Positions 10,421 to 19,054 of a stretch of DNA of 63,568 nucleotides are shown here, piece after piece. The stretch covers positions 1 to 63,568 of the forward strand of contig JADHVQ010000003.1 of NCBI GenBank assembly GCA_016783905.1. The letters are read 5' to 3'. The stretch is from Bacteroidales bacterium (GTDB taxonomy: Bacteria; Bacteroidota; Bacteroidia; Bacteroidales; FEN-979). The notes beneath the pieces were generated by a model. It made no database searches. It worked only from the letters and a program-made list of their open reading frames with translations, and was not told the DNA's origin. Within the stretch, counting starts at the first letter, position 1, and the number at the start of each line of letters is the position of its first letter. Made by a program: the position numbers and the translations under genes.

Positions 10421-10954
10421 CTATGTAAAACATGCGTCAACGAATTTTATTGCATTCCTCAACCGCTCTTCCCCCAGGCCGGAAACAACACGGAAGTTCC
10501 AGCCACGTTCCAGCATCTCGTCGTAATAGAGGTTAAAGAGCTGTTCCCGCATGTGCGGATGCTCCCGTTGCGGATCCTCCTCCCAGGGTGTATCGATGTA
10601 GCAAAGGAGGTAAAGATCATAGGAATGGGCATCCAGTTGTTGCAGGATCCAGGCATCACACCGGCTGAATTTCACCTCACTCCAGATCTTGGTGACCAGA
10701 AACTCGGTGTCGCAAAATAAGTACGGTCTCCTCTCCTTCTTTTTTTCAAGGAGAGCCTCCCCCTCCTTTTCTCTTATCAGCTGCCCTTTCGCAATCGTCA
10801 AAATATCGTGTTCCGCATAAGGCCGGTCCAACTGGTCGATGTACTCCCGTGCATATTCAGGCACCCAAACCGTTTTGTAATGGCTGGCCAGCTGTTCCGC
10901 GAGCATCGATTTTCCGGTAGATTCCGGTCCCGTTATTGCGATTCGATTCAGCAT
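10421..10954 (-). CDS. NadR-like ribosylnicotinamide kinase / AAA_28 ATPase
   Basis: ITGPESTGKS, VPEYAREY, FCDT, PWEEDPQRE; adjacent to pnuC. Confidence 0.85.
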   Translation of the reverse strand: MLNRIAITGPESTGKSMLAEQLASHYKTVWVPEYAREYIDQLDRPYAEHDILTIAKGQLIREKEGEALLEKKKERRPYLFCDTEFLVTKIWSEVKFSRCDAWILQQLDAHSYDLYLLCYIDTPWEEDPQREHPHMREQLFNLYYDEMLERGWNFRVVSGLGEERLRNAIKFVDACFT

Positions 10955-10957
10955 TAT

Positions 10958-11686
10958 CTATCTTCCGGCCTGTTCACTATTCACCTCCTTCGTCCTTCGT
11001 CTTTCGTCCTTCGTCCTTCGTCCTTCGTCCTTCGTCCTTCGTCCCTCGATCTTCCTTCTCCATTCAATAAACCCAAAAATAGCAATTACTGTAAACACCA
11101 GGAACTGGAAGGAGCTGAAGTAAAGGTTGAGCCAGGCAAACATCCCGATAGAGATTATATCACCGATGATCCAGAGAATCCAGTGCTCGATCTTTTTCTG
11201 TGCCAGCAACCACATGGCAACAATATAAATGGCTGTGGTCACTGCATCCCAGGCTGGTATCTCACTATCTGTAAACTGAACCAGAAGAAATCTGAGGCTA
11301 AAGAAGAAACCCAGGATGATCAGGGCATAGATCAGTAGGCCCCGTATCGAAAGACGGGTTACCCTGATCCGCTCATCCTGTTCATTTTTCCTCAACCAGT
11401 TGTACCAGCCATAAGCGCTCATGACCGCATAGAACACGTTGATCCCTGCATAGGCATATAACCTGGAATGGAAGCAGATATAGACGTAAATCGAAACATT
11501 GATGATGCCTAGAGGGTATACAAGAATATTCTCCTTCTTCATGAACCATACACTGGCAAGACCGCATAGAACAGCCACGATCTCCAGGATGGTAGTTTGA
11601 GTTCCCAGGATGACAAACGGATCGGTCAGCACGAAACGAAAGTTATTAACATCACGGGGCAAAGATATTTTAAAATGACGGAGCAT
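10958..11686 (-). CDS. pnuC: Nicotinamide riboside transporter PnuC (start uncertain)
   Basis: YGWYNW, WDAVTT, QKKIEHWILWIIGD, GFIEW motifs; the C-tail is encoded by a heptamer repeat. Confidence 0.88.
   Translation of the reverse strand: MLRHFKISLPRDVNNFRFVLTDPFVILGTQTTILEIVAVLCGLASVWFMKKENILVYPLGIINVSIYVYICFHSRLYAYAGINVFYAVMSAYGWYNWLRKNEQDERIRVTRLSIRGLLIYALIILGFFFSLRFLLVQFTDSEIPAWDAVTTAIYIVAMWLLAQKKIEHWILWIIGDIISIGMFAWLNLYFSSFQFLVFTVIAIFGFIEWRRKIEGRRTKDEGRRTKDERRRTKEVNSEQAGR
10991..11046. repeat. Heptamer tandem array (CGTCCTT)x8
   Basis: Eight near-perfect units, with variants cgtcttt and cgtccct. Confidence 0.95.
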
Positions 11687-11732
11687 GGAGGAAATGATAT
11701 AATTTTGCGCGATTCTTCAAATCCTTCCTTCT

Positions 11733-12968
11733 ATGCCACCTGTGGCTCACTTTCAGTTGCCGTTGATTGTAACACTGCTTCTCCTACTATTGTCGGCCAG
11801 GGTACTCGGCGAACTATTTGAACGGATCGGTTCACCCGCCATGGTTGGGGAGGTATTGGCCGGGGTCATTCTTGGCCCCTCCCTCATCAACCTGGTGGTT
11901 CCCTCCCCGGAACTCAATGTGATCTCCGATCTCGCTGTCTTCCTGCTGATCATCATGGCAGCCCTGGAGATTTCGCCGGAGGAGATCCGGAAGGCCCTGA
12001 AACCCGGCACCATCTGGATTGCCGTGTTCGGTTTTTGTGTCCCCTTCCTGAGCGGCATCTCTGCGGGAATGCTTCTTGGATATACCCCCATATTTTCCTT
12101 GTTCCTGGGCCTCTGTATCTCCATCACAGCATTGCCGGTCACCGTGCGGATCCTGATGGACCTGGGCAGGCTTCAGAGTGATACCGGACAAATGATCATC
12201 ACCGCAGCGATCTTCAATGACGTTCTGTCCCTTCTGATCCTGGGAATACTTCTTGATTTTCCCGGGGAGTCCGGATCTATCCGGCAATTCATCATCTCCG
12301 TCGGGATTACTGTGCTAAAGCTGATCCTGTTCATTTCCCTGCTCTATGTAACCTTCCGGCTGATCAGATATGCCTCGCAGAAGCTGGACTTCATCAGTCT
12401 GCAACTGGACAGGTTTCTGCTCATTCTGAAAGGGAAGGAATCGATGTTTGCCCTGGTGATGCTCTTCGTCCTCATGTTTGCCAGCATATCTGAACTGCTT
12501 GGGATCTATTTCATTGTGGGAGCCTTCTTCGGAACCATCCTGATCCCCCGGGTTATCGTTTCCAGAAATGACTTCCGAAGAGTAAAAGAGGCCGCTTCCG
12601 GGATCTCTTCCGGTTTTCTGGTGCCGATATTTTTTGCTGCCATGGGGGCCTCCTTCAGTTTGTCAGCCCTGCAGGATTACACCCTCTTTCTGATCCTGGC
12701 CGGTACCATTTTTACCAGTAAGATCCTCGGTGGATATCTGGGTGGGCGACTCTCCGGGATGAATTCACGCGATGCCCTGACCCTGGGTATCGGGATCAAT
12801 GCCGGGGGAGTCATGGCCCTGGTTATTACCAACATTGCTCTGAATAAAAACCTGATCGATCTGAACCTCTTTTCGATCCTGGTGTTACTGGCACTGATCA
12901 CTACCCTGATCACTCCATTACTATTGAAGCTCTCTTTTAGAAGAACCGGGAGGTCCGTATCCTTGTAA
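11733..12968 (+). CDS. Cation:proton antiporter (CPA2/KefB-like)
   Basis: GEVLAGVILGPS, SITALPV, AAIFNDV, GAFFG, FLVPIFF. Confidence 0.88.
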   Translation: MPPVAHFQLPLIVTLLLLLLSARVLGELFERIGSPAMVGEVLAGVILGPSLINLVVPSPELNVISDLAVFLLIIMAALEISPEEIRKALKPGTIWIAVFGFCVPFLSGISAGMLLGYTPIFSLFLGLCISITALPVTVRILMDLGRLQSDTGQMIITAAIFNDVLSLLILGILLDFPGESGSIRQFIISVGITVLKLILFISLLYVTFRLIRYASQKLDFISLQLDRFLLILKGKESMFALVMLFVLMFASISELLGIYFIVGAFFGTILIPRVIVSRNDFRRVKEAASGISSGFLVPIFFAAMGASFSLSALQDYTLFLILAGTIFTSKILGGYLGGRLSGMNSRDALTLGIGINAGGVMALVITNIALNKNLIDLNLFSILVLLALITTLITPLLLKLSFRRTGRSVSL

Positions 12969-13006
12969 AAAAGTTTATCTTTGCGCCCGAACTGAAACGA
13001 TGAAGT

Positions 13007-13672
13007 ATGTTAGACCTGCTCAAATTCCTGGTCGATTTTATCCTCCACATTGACCAGCACCTGCTGCGAATTGTCTCTGACTACCAGACCTGGACCTACC
13101 TGATCCTCTTTGCCATCATCTTCATGGAGACAGGATTCGTTGTAACACCGTTTCTCCCTGGTGACTCTTTGTTATTTGCAGCCGGGACGATCGCTGCCAT
13201 GACGGGCAATCCACTTAACGTTTGGGTGATCATTCCACTGCTGATTACAGCTGGATTCCTTGGCGACAACACCAATTACTTCATCGGGAAGTTTCTGGGG
13301 CATAAGGTCTACGAGAAAAATTACAAGCTCATCAAACGGAAATACCTGGATCAGACCCACCAGTTTTACGAGAAACACGGCAGGATCACCATCATCATCG
13401 CCCGGTTCATCCCGATCATCCGGACATTCGCTCCCTTTGTGGCAGGAGTAGGCACCATGCAATACATCCGCTTTGTCTCCTTCAGTATCGTGGGGAATAT
13501 TTTATGGGTGACGCTCTTCACCCTGGCGGGATATTTCTTCGGAAACATTCCGTTAATTAAAAATAATTTTACCATCGCCATTTTAGGGATTATCTTTGTA
13601 TCCATACTTCCCATGATCATCGCCGGTGTCAGAAAATACCTGGAAACCCGGAAACGTAGAAACAGTGTATGA
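13007..13672 (+). CDS. dedA: DedA family membrane protein
   Basis: ETGFVVTPFLPGDSLLFAAG, GDNTNYFIG, ARFIPIIRTFAPFVAG. Confidence 0.93.
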   Translation: MLDLLKFLVDFILHIDQHLLRIVSDYQTWTYLILFAIIFMETGFVVTPFLPGDSLLFAAGTIAAMTGNPLNVWVIIPLLITAGFLGDNTNYFIGKFLGHKVYEKNYKLIKRKYLDQTHQFYEKHGRITIIIARFIPIIRTFAPFVAGVGTMQYIRFVSFSIVGNILWVTLFTLAGYFFGNIPLIKNNFTIAILGIIFVSILPMIIAGVRKYLETRKRRNSV

Positions 13673-15633
13673 GTCGCTCGGGTCATAAAAGCCAGATCAC
13701 CGGGGCCTCTACTGCCGGTGTGCTGGTCACCCTCGGTATTATCTTCGGCGATATCGGGACCTCCCCTCTCTATGTGATGCGCGCCATCATCCATGGAGCT
13801 GATACCATCTCCGAGATGTTCATCCTGGGTGGCCTCTCCCTGGTTTTCTGGACGCTGACCCTGCAAACCACTATCAAGTACATCACCATCACCCTGCGGG
13901 CTGACAACAAAGGGGAAGGAGGGATTTTTGCCCTCTTTGCCCTGATCCGGAAACGGGCCAAATGGGCATACCTGTTTGCCATGATCGGGGGATGCACCCT
14001 GCTTTCGGATGGGGTGATCACCCCTGCCATTACCATCGTTTCGGCTGTGGAAGGGCTCATCATCGTCAATCCCCGTGTTCCGGTTGTTCCCATTGCCCTG
14101 GTCATCATCACGGTGATTTTTTTCATTCAGAAATACGGCACCAAGGTGGTGGGCCGATCGTTCGGTCCCATCATGCTGGTCTGGTTCACCATGCTGGGGA
14201 CACTGGGATTACTGCAGATCATCAAGTATCCCATCATCCTCAAAGCACTCAATCCCTATTACGGATACTATTTCCTGACCCACTTTCCGCAAGGTTTCCT
14301 GTTGCTGGGAGCTGTGTTCCTCTGTACCACAGGTGCCGACGCACTCTATTCAGACCTGGGCCATTGCGGACTGAAAAATATCCGGATCTCCTGGAGCTAC
14401 GTAAAAACCACCCTGTTACTGAACTACTTCGGCCAGGGAGCCTGGATCCTGATCAATGCCGATTATGTGAACGAATGGACCAACCCCTTCTTTGCCATCA
14501 TGCCCTCCTGGTTCCTGATCTTCGGGATCGGCATTGCTACGGTAGCGGCAATCATTGCCAGCCAGGCTATGATCACCGGATCTTACACGTTGATCAGTGA
14601 AGCGATATCCCTGAACTTCTGGCCCAAGATCAAGATCAATTACCCGACCAACATCAAAGGGCAGATGTACATCTCCAGCATCAATTGGATCCTCTACTTC
14701 TGCTGTGGCTTTGTCGTGCTCTTCTTCCAGAAATCAGCAAACATGGAGGCTGCATACGGACTGACGATCAACATCACCATGCTGATGACTACGCTGCTGT
14801 TAAGCGTCTACCTGTTCAAAAAGAAAGTGCCGGTCTACCTGATCGGGCTCTTTCTGGCGATTTACCTGTTCATTGAAGGGTCTTTTCTGGTAGCCAATCT
14901 CAATAAGTTTATCTACGGTGGATGGTTCACCTTCCTGCTTGGTAGTTTGTTGTTTGTGGTGATGTATGTCTGGTTTAACGGCCGGAAGATCAAGAACTCC
15001 TTCATCGAATTTGTTAAAATCGAAAACTACTTCGAGATCATCAAAGAGCTTCACATCGACGAATCGATCCCCAAATACGCCACTCACCTTGTATTTCTTA
15101 CAAAAGCAAATAAGGCCACCGATGTGGAGACCAAGATCATCTATTCCATGCTCAACAAACAACCAAAACGTGCTGATGTTTACTGGTTGTTACATGTCGA
15201 TATTCTCGATGATCCGCATGTGCTGGAATACAAGATCACTCAGTTGATCCCCGATATCCTGATCAAAGTGGATTTCAAGATCGGGTTCAAGGTTCAACCG
15301 CGTGTGAACCTCTTCTTCCACCAGGTGATAGAAGAGATGAGCCGGAACAACGAAATAGACCTGGTGAGTAAATACGAGTCCCTTAGGAAGTTCCATGTCA
15401 TGAGTGACTTCCGGTTTATTGTCATCGACCGGATCCAGAACTACGACTTTGATTTTCCGCCCAAAGAGCAGTTCATCATGGACATGTACGATATTTTCAA
15501 GAAATTCGGCATCAGTGAGGTGAGGGCTTTAGGGCTGGATACCAGTAACGTGACCATTGAAACAGTACCCCTTTACGTCGACAAGGAGATTCCTGTACTT
15601 CTAACTCCTCATGACCAGAAGAAGCATCACTAG
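13669..15633 (+). CDS. kup: KUP/HAK/KT potassium transporter
   Basis: [40 protein letters not shown]. Confidence 0.95.
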   Translation: MSRSGHKSQITGASTAGVLVTLGIIFGDIGTSPLYVMRAIIHGADTISEMFILGGLSLVFWTLTLQTTIKYITITLRADNKGEGGIFALFALIRKRAKWAYLFAMIGGCTLLSDGVITPAITIVSAVEGLIIVNPRVPVVPIALVIITVIFFIQKYGTKVVGRSFGPIMLVWFTMLGTLGLLQIIKYPIILKALNPYYGYYFLTHFPQGFLLLGAVFLCTTGADALYSDLGHCGLKNIRISWSYVKTTLLLNYFGQGAWILINADYVNEWTNPFFAIMPSWFLIFGIGIATVAAIIASQAMITGSYTLISEAISLNFWPKIKINYPTNIKGQMYISSINWILYFCCGFVVLFFQKSANMEAAYGLTINITMLMTTLLLSVYLFKKKVPVYLIGLFLAIYLFIEGSFLVANLNKFIYGGWFTFLLGSLLFVVMYVWFNGRKIKNSFIEFVKIENYFEIIKELHIDESIPKYATHLVFLTKANKATDVETKIIYSMLNKQPKRADVYWLLHVDILDDPHVLEYKITQLIPDILIKVDFKIGFKVQPRVNLFFHQVIEEMSRNNEIDLVSKYESLRKFHVMSDFRFIVIDRIQNYDFDFPPKEQFIMDMYDIFKKFGISEVRALGLDTSNVTIETVPLYVDKEIPVLLTPHDQKKHH

Positions 15634-16589
15634 TTCCGGCGGATCACCCGTTGTACTGCTTCCACGAGTTCCGGGGTGTCAAGCCCATATTTCGTAAGAA
15701 GCTCTTCCGGTTTTCCACTCTCCCCGAATGTATCATCCACCGCCACCATCTCCATCGGTACCGGAAACTGCCGGACCAGTAACTGCGCAATGCTGTCGCC
15801 CAGTCCGCCATTTCGCATGTGCTCCTCCGCTGAAACAACACAACCCGTTTTCTTCACGGACACCAGGATCGCTTCGTCATCAAGGGGTTTGATCGTATGG
15901 ATGTTGATCACCTCGGCCCGGATTCCCTTACCGGCCAGGATCCGGGTAGCCTCCAGCGCTTTCCATACCAAATGCCCGGTGGCAATGATCGTCACATCAT
16001 TCCCCTCCTCCAGCAACACGGCTTTCCCGATCACAAACTCCTGGTCGGGAGGCGTGAAGTTAGGGACCTTGGGCCGGCCGAAACGCAGGTAGACAGGGCC
16101 AATGTGCCTGGCAATGGCCAGCGTGGCTGCTTTGGTCTGGTTGAAGTCGCAGGGACTGATCACCGTCATGTTTGGGAGCATCTTCATCATGCCAATATCT
16201 TCCAGACTCTGATGGGTGGCCCCGTCTTCCCCCAGGGTAATGCCGGCATGCGATGCACAAATCTTCACGTTCTTGTTCGAATAGGCCACCGATTGCCGGA
16301 TCTGATCGTAGACCCGTGCGGTCGAAAAATTGGCAAACGTACCGGTGAATGGGATCTTTCCTCCGATGGTGAGACCGGCTGCAAGACCAATCATGTTGGC
16401 CTCTGCAATCCCCACTTCAAAAAACCGCTCCGGAAACTCTTTGGCAAAAGCGTTCATCTTCAACGAACCTGTGAGGTCAGCACACAGGGCAACGATATTT
16501 TCATCTTTTCTGCCAAGCTCCAGCAGCGCCTCTCCAAATCCCGAGCGGGTATCTTTGGAACCAAGATTTGTAAAATCAATCATTCGCAT
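15630..16589 (-). CDS. Transketolase, C-terminal subunit
   Basis: [38 protein letters not shown]. Confidence 0.93.
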   Translation of the reverse strand: MRMIDFTNLGSKDTRSGFGEALLELGRKDENIVALCADLTGSLKMNAFAKEFPERFFEVGIAEANMIGLAAGLTIGGKIPFTGTFANFSTARVYDQIRQSVAYSNKNVKICASHAGITLGEDGATHQSLEDIGMMKMLPNMTVISPCDFNQTKAATLAIARHIGPVYLRFGRPKVPNFTPPDQEFVIGKAVLLEEGNDVTIIATGHLVWKALEATRILAGKGIRAEVINIHTIKPLDDEAILVSVKKTGCVVSAEEHMRNGGLGDSIAQLLVRQFPVPMEMVAVDDTFGESGKPEELLTKYGLDTPELVEAVQRVIRRN

Positions 16590-16619
16590 GAAATTTGATG
16601 TAATATAATTGGTTGTATC

Positions 16620-16654
16620 CGTATTTCGTATTTCGTATTTCGTAATTCGTATTT
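16620..16654. repeat. Heptamer array (CGTATTT)x5
   Basis: cgtattt x3, cgtaatt, cgtattt; overlaps the VWA gene stop. Confidence 0.9.
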
Positions 16655-18023
16655 ATAGTTCTACCTCCACCGTTTCTCCTGCTTCAACCTTAAACTGCTT
16701 CTGCCGGGTATCCTGCTGCCGGTGGGATGACTTCAGCCGGTACACAATGATATAGTTTCCCGGCTGAAGCTGCATGGTCTCAGTTGTATTATCGGAACGA
16801 AGGTGTTCTACCAGCAGCAACTCTCCCGCCACCTCCATGTAGATTGAACCCACTACCGGGGCACTGTACTTCAGCATAGCAGCTCCGGTGGCCGGGATCC
16901 TGAGTTGGGTGATTTGATCAGCCGCGATCTCCACGTTGGAAAAGTTCATCCTCGGCATGGTCAACACAGTGATATCGTAATTTCCGGCCAGGTACTTCTC
17001 CATCCGGTCGCTGGGTTGAACATGGATAGCCTTCCCGGTACCACTCCTGCGAATGATGCATGAAAACACCTTCTCATCCTCACTGATAAAGGAAAGATAA
17101 CCCTGGCGGGCATCCAGGGTGATCGTTGTATGTTCGCCCGGCTCAATCCAAACCGCCTCTTTCCGCAGAGGAGGGATGGTTTGAACAACTACATCATAGG
17201 TCACCAGCGGATCCAGTTCAAGGGTGTCGGGCAATCCATTGGGATTCAATGTGTGGACGAAACTGTATTTAGCAGTGCCGGTGATGGTGTTATAGAGCGT
17301 CACATGAACATCTGTCTGCGAGGGATTCCCAAACCTATCCAGCAGGTTTATTTGGGCCGAAGCGGCTTTAAGTGTAGAAGCAACTATGGTTTGAAGGGCG
17401 CGCCGGTAGTCATTTTCATTGACGGCATTGTAATAGTTACCCATGCAATTGAATTGTGCCTGCATGTTTTCACCAATCCCAACGATGAAGGGCCTCAGGA
17501 AGATGCCCTTGCGTTGCAACTCTTTTGAAACCTGACATGGATCCCCTCCACAAGCTTCCAGGCCATCGGTGATCAGGATCACAATGTTCCTGCAATGACT
17601 GCATGGAGGAAAATCCGAAGCCGTCTGCTCCAGCGAATAAGCGATTGGGGTAGTTCCGCTAGGACTCAATCCGTGCAACACAGATCTGATTGAAGAAAAA
17701 TTATCTGTTCCAAACGGTACCATGATATAGGAATCCTCACAATCAGTACCCGGTGCCCGTTTCGGTCCGTAAACCCGTAAACCGATCTCCAGGTTCTCCT
17801 GTCCCTGAAGGCTGTCGAGGATCCCCGATAGCACGTTGATGGCAATCCGGTACTTCGTATCGCTCTGCCAGTGATTGGCCATGCTTTGCGAAGCATCAAA
17901 TACAAAGAGAATGCGGATTAACGGTACTGGCAGATCCCGTTCCACGACAACCTGGGATTGTGCTGCGCCAACCATGGCAGCAAAAAAAAGAAGGATCAAA
18001 ACTTTACCAGGCCAGTGCATCAT
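16653..18023 (-). CDS. Secreted VWA-domain protein
   Basis: Signal-like N-terminus, MIDAS motif FDASQSM, GTTPIAYSL, ILITDGLEACGGDPC. The ORF extension upstream of 18023 is repeat-derived. Confidence 0.85.
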   Translation of the reverse strand: MMHWPGKVLILLFFAAMVGAAQSQVVVERDLPVPLIRILFVFDASQSMANHWQSDTKYRIAINVLSGILDSLQGQENLEIGLRVYGPKRAPGTDCEDSYIMVPFGTDNFSSIRSVLHGLSPSGTTPIAYSLEQTASDFPPCSHCRNIVILITDGLEACGGDPCQVSKELQRKGIFLRPFIVGIGENMQAQFNCMGNYYNAVNENDYRRALQTIVASTLKAASAQINLLDRFGNPSQTDVHVTLYNTITGTAKYSFVHTLNPNGLPDTLELDPLVTYDVVVQTIPPLRKEAVWIEPGEHTTITLDARQGYLSFISEDEKVFSCIIRRSGTGKAIHVQPSDRMEKYLAGNYDITVLTMPRMNFSNVEIAADQITQLRIPATGAAMLKYSAPVVGSIYMEVAGELLLVEHLRSDNTTETMQLQPGNYIIVYRLKSSHRQQDTRQKQFKVEAGETVEVEL

Positions 18024-18065
18024 TCGTAAATCGTAAATCGTAATTCGTAAATCGTAAATCGTAAT
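18024..18065. repeat. Heptamer array (TCGTAA(A/T))x6
   Basis: tcgtaaa tcgtaaa tcgtaat tcgtaaa tcgtaaa tcgtaat; fills the gap between the tkt-N stop and the VWA start. Confidence 0.92.
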
Positions 18066-18067
18066 TT

Positions 18068-18913
18068 CTAATAGTCTCCCATCGTCTCTTCCAGCTGTGC
18101 GAGCGCTCGTTCTGCCTCTTCGTCGTTCGGTGGCACTCCATGCCATTCGTGGTTATCATGCATGAAGTCTACACCAAATCCCATGATGGTGTGCATGATG
18201 ATAATAACGGGTCTCCCCTGGTTTAATTGTTGCTTTGCAAAGGTCAGCTGATCCAGTATCTCTGCCATATCGTGCCCGTTCATCTCCAGTACCAGCCAGC
18301 CGAATGACTCCAGCTTCGCCCTGAGATCCCCAAGGGAAAGAACCTCCTCCAGGGGTCCATCAATCTGTTTTTGGTTAAAGTCAACGGTTGCAATGATATT
18401 ATCCACTCCCTTGGCAGCGCCATACATCAGCGCTTCCCAGTTCTGCCCCTCCTGCAACTCTCCATCCCCTACCAGGCAGTAAACGGTACGGGTATCTCCG
18501 TTCAGCTTCTTGGCAATGGCCGCGCCCAGTGCTACAGATAATCCTTGCCCCAGGGATCCGGATGCCATTCGTACCCCCGGCGTTCCATCCATCACGGAAG
18601 GATGCCCCTGCAGCCGGGAATCCAGTTTCCTGAAAGTTTCAAGCTCGGCCGGTTGAAAATAACCGTAACGTGCCAGAACACTATACCATGCAGGAGAAAT
18701 ATGGCCGTTCGAAAGGAAAAAGATATCTTCATCCGTCCCGTCCAAAGAGAATTTATTAGGATCGGGTTTCATGACAGCGAAGTAGAGTGCCACCAGAAAA
18801 TCGGTCGCCCCAAGAGATCCGCCCGGATGGCCTGAGGAGGCACCATTTACCATTCGGATGATATCCCTTCTGACCTGGGATGCTATTTTTGTCAAATCTG
18901 TGGATGATACCAT
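18068..18913 (-). CDS. Transketolase, N-terminal (TPP-binding) subunit
   Basis: SGHPGGSLG, LSNGH, LQGHP, GSLGQGLS, GDGELQEGQNWE. Confidence 0.93.
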   Translation of the reverse strand: MVSSTDLTKIASQVRRDIIRMVNGASSGHPGGSLGATDFLVALYFAVMKPDPNKFSLDGTDEDIFFLSNGHISPAWYSVLARYGYFQPAELETFRKLDSRLQGHPSVMDGTPGVRMASGSLGQGLSVALGAAIAKKLNGDTRTVYCLVGDGELQEGQNWEALMYGAAKGVDNIIATVDFNQKQIDGPLEEVLSLGDLRAKLESFGWLVLEMNGHDMAEILDQLTFAKQQLNQGRPVIIIMHTIMGFGVDFMHDNHEWHGVPPNDEEAERALAQLEETMGDY

Positions 18914-19054
18914 TGAAAATGATATATTTAAATAACATGTACCTGTCGAGTCAAAGATAGCCCTTTTACATTTTTCGATGGGCCGCGTGTTGATAAAAAT
19001 GGATAAGATTTAAAAAGTTATTTTTGCAGCACCACACGTCAATTTCTGCCCCTC

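Noticed and set aside
10320..18065. CRISPR array
   Set aside because: The repeats are 7-nt tandem units with no unique spacers, and there are no cas genes.
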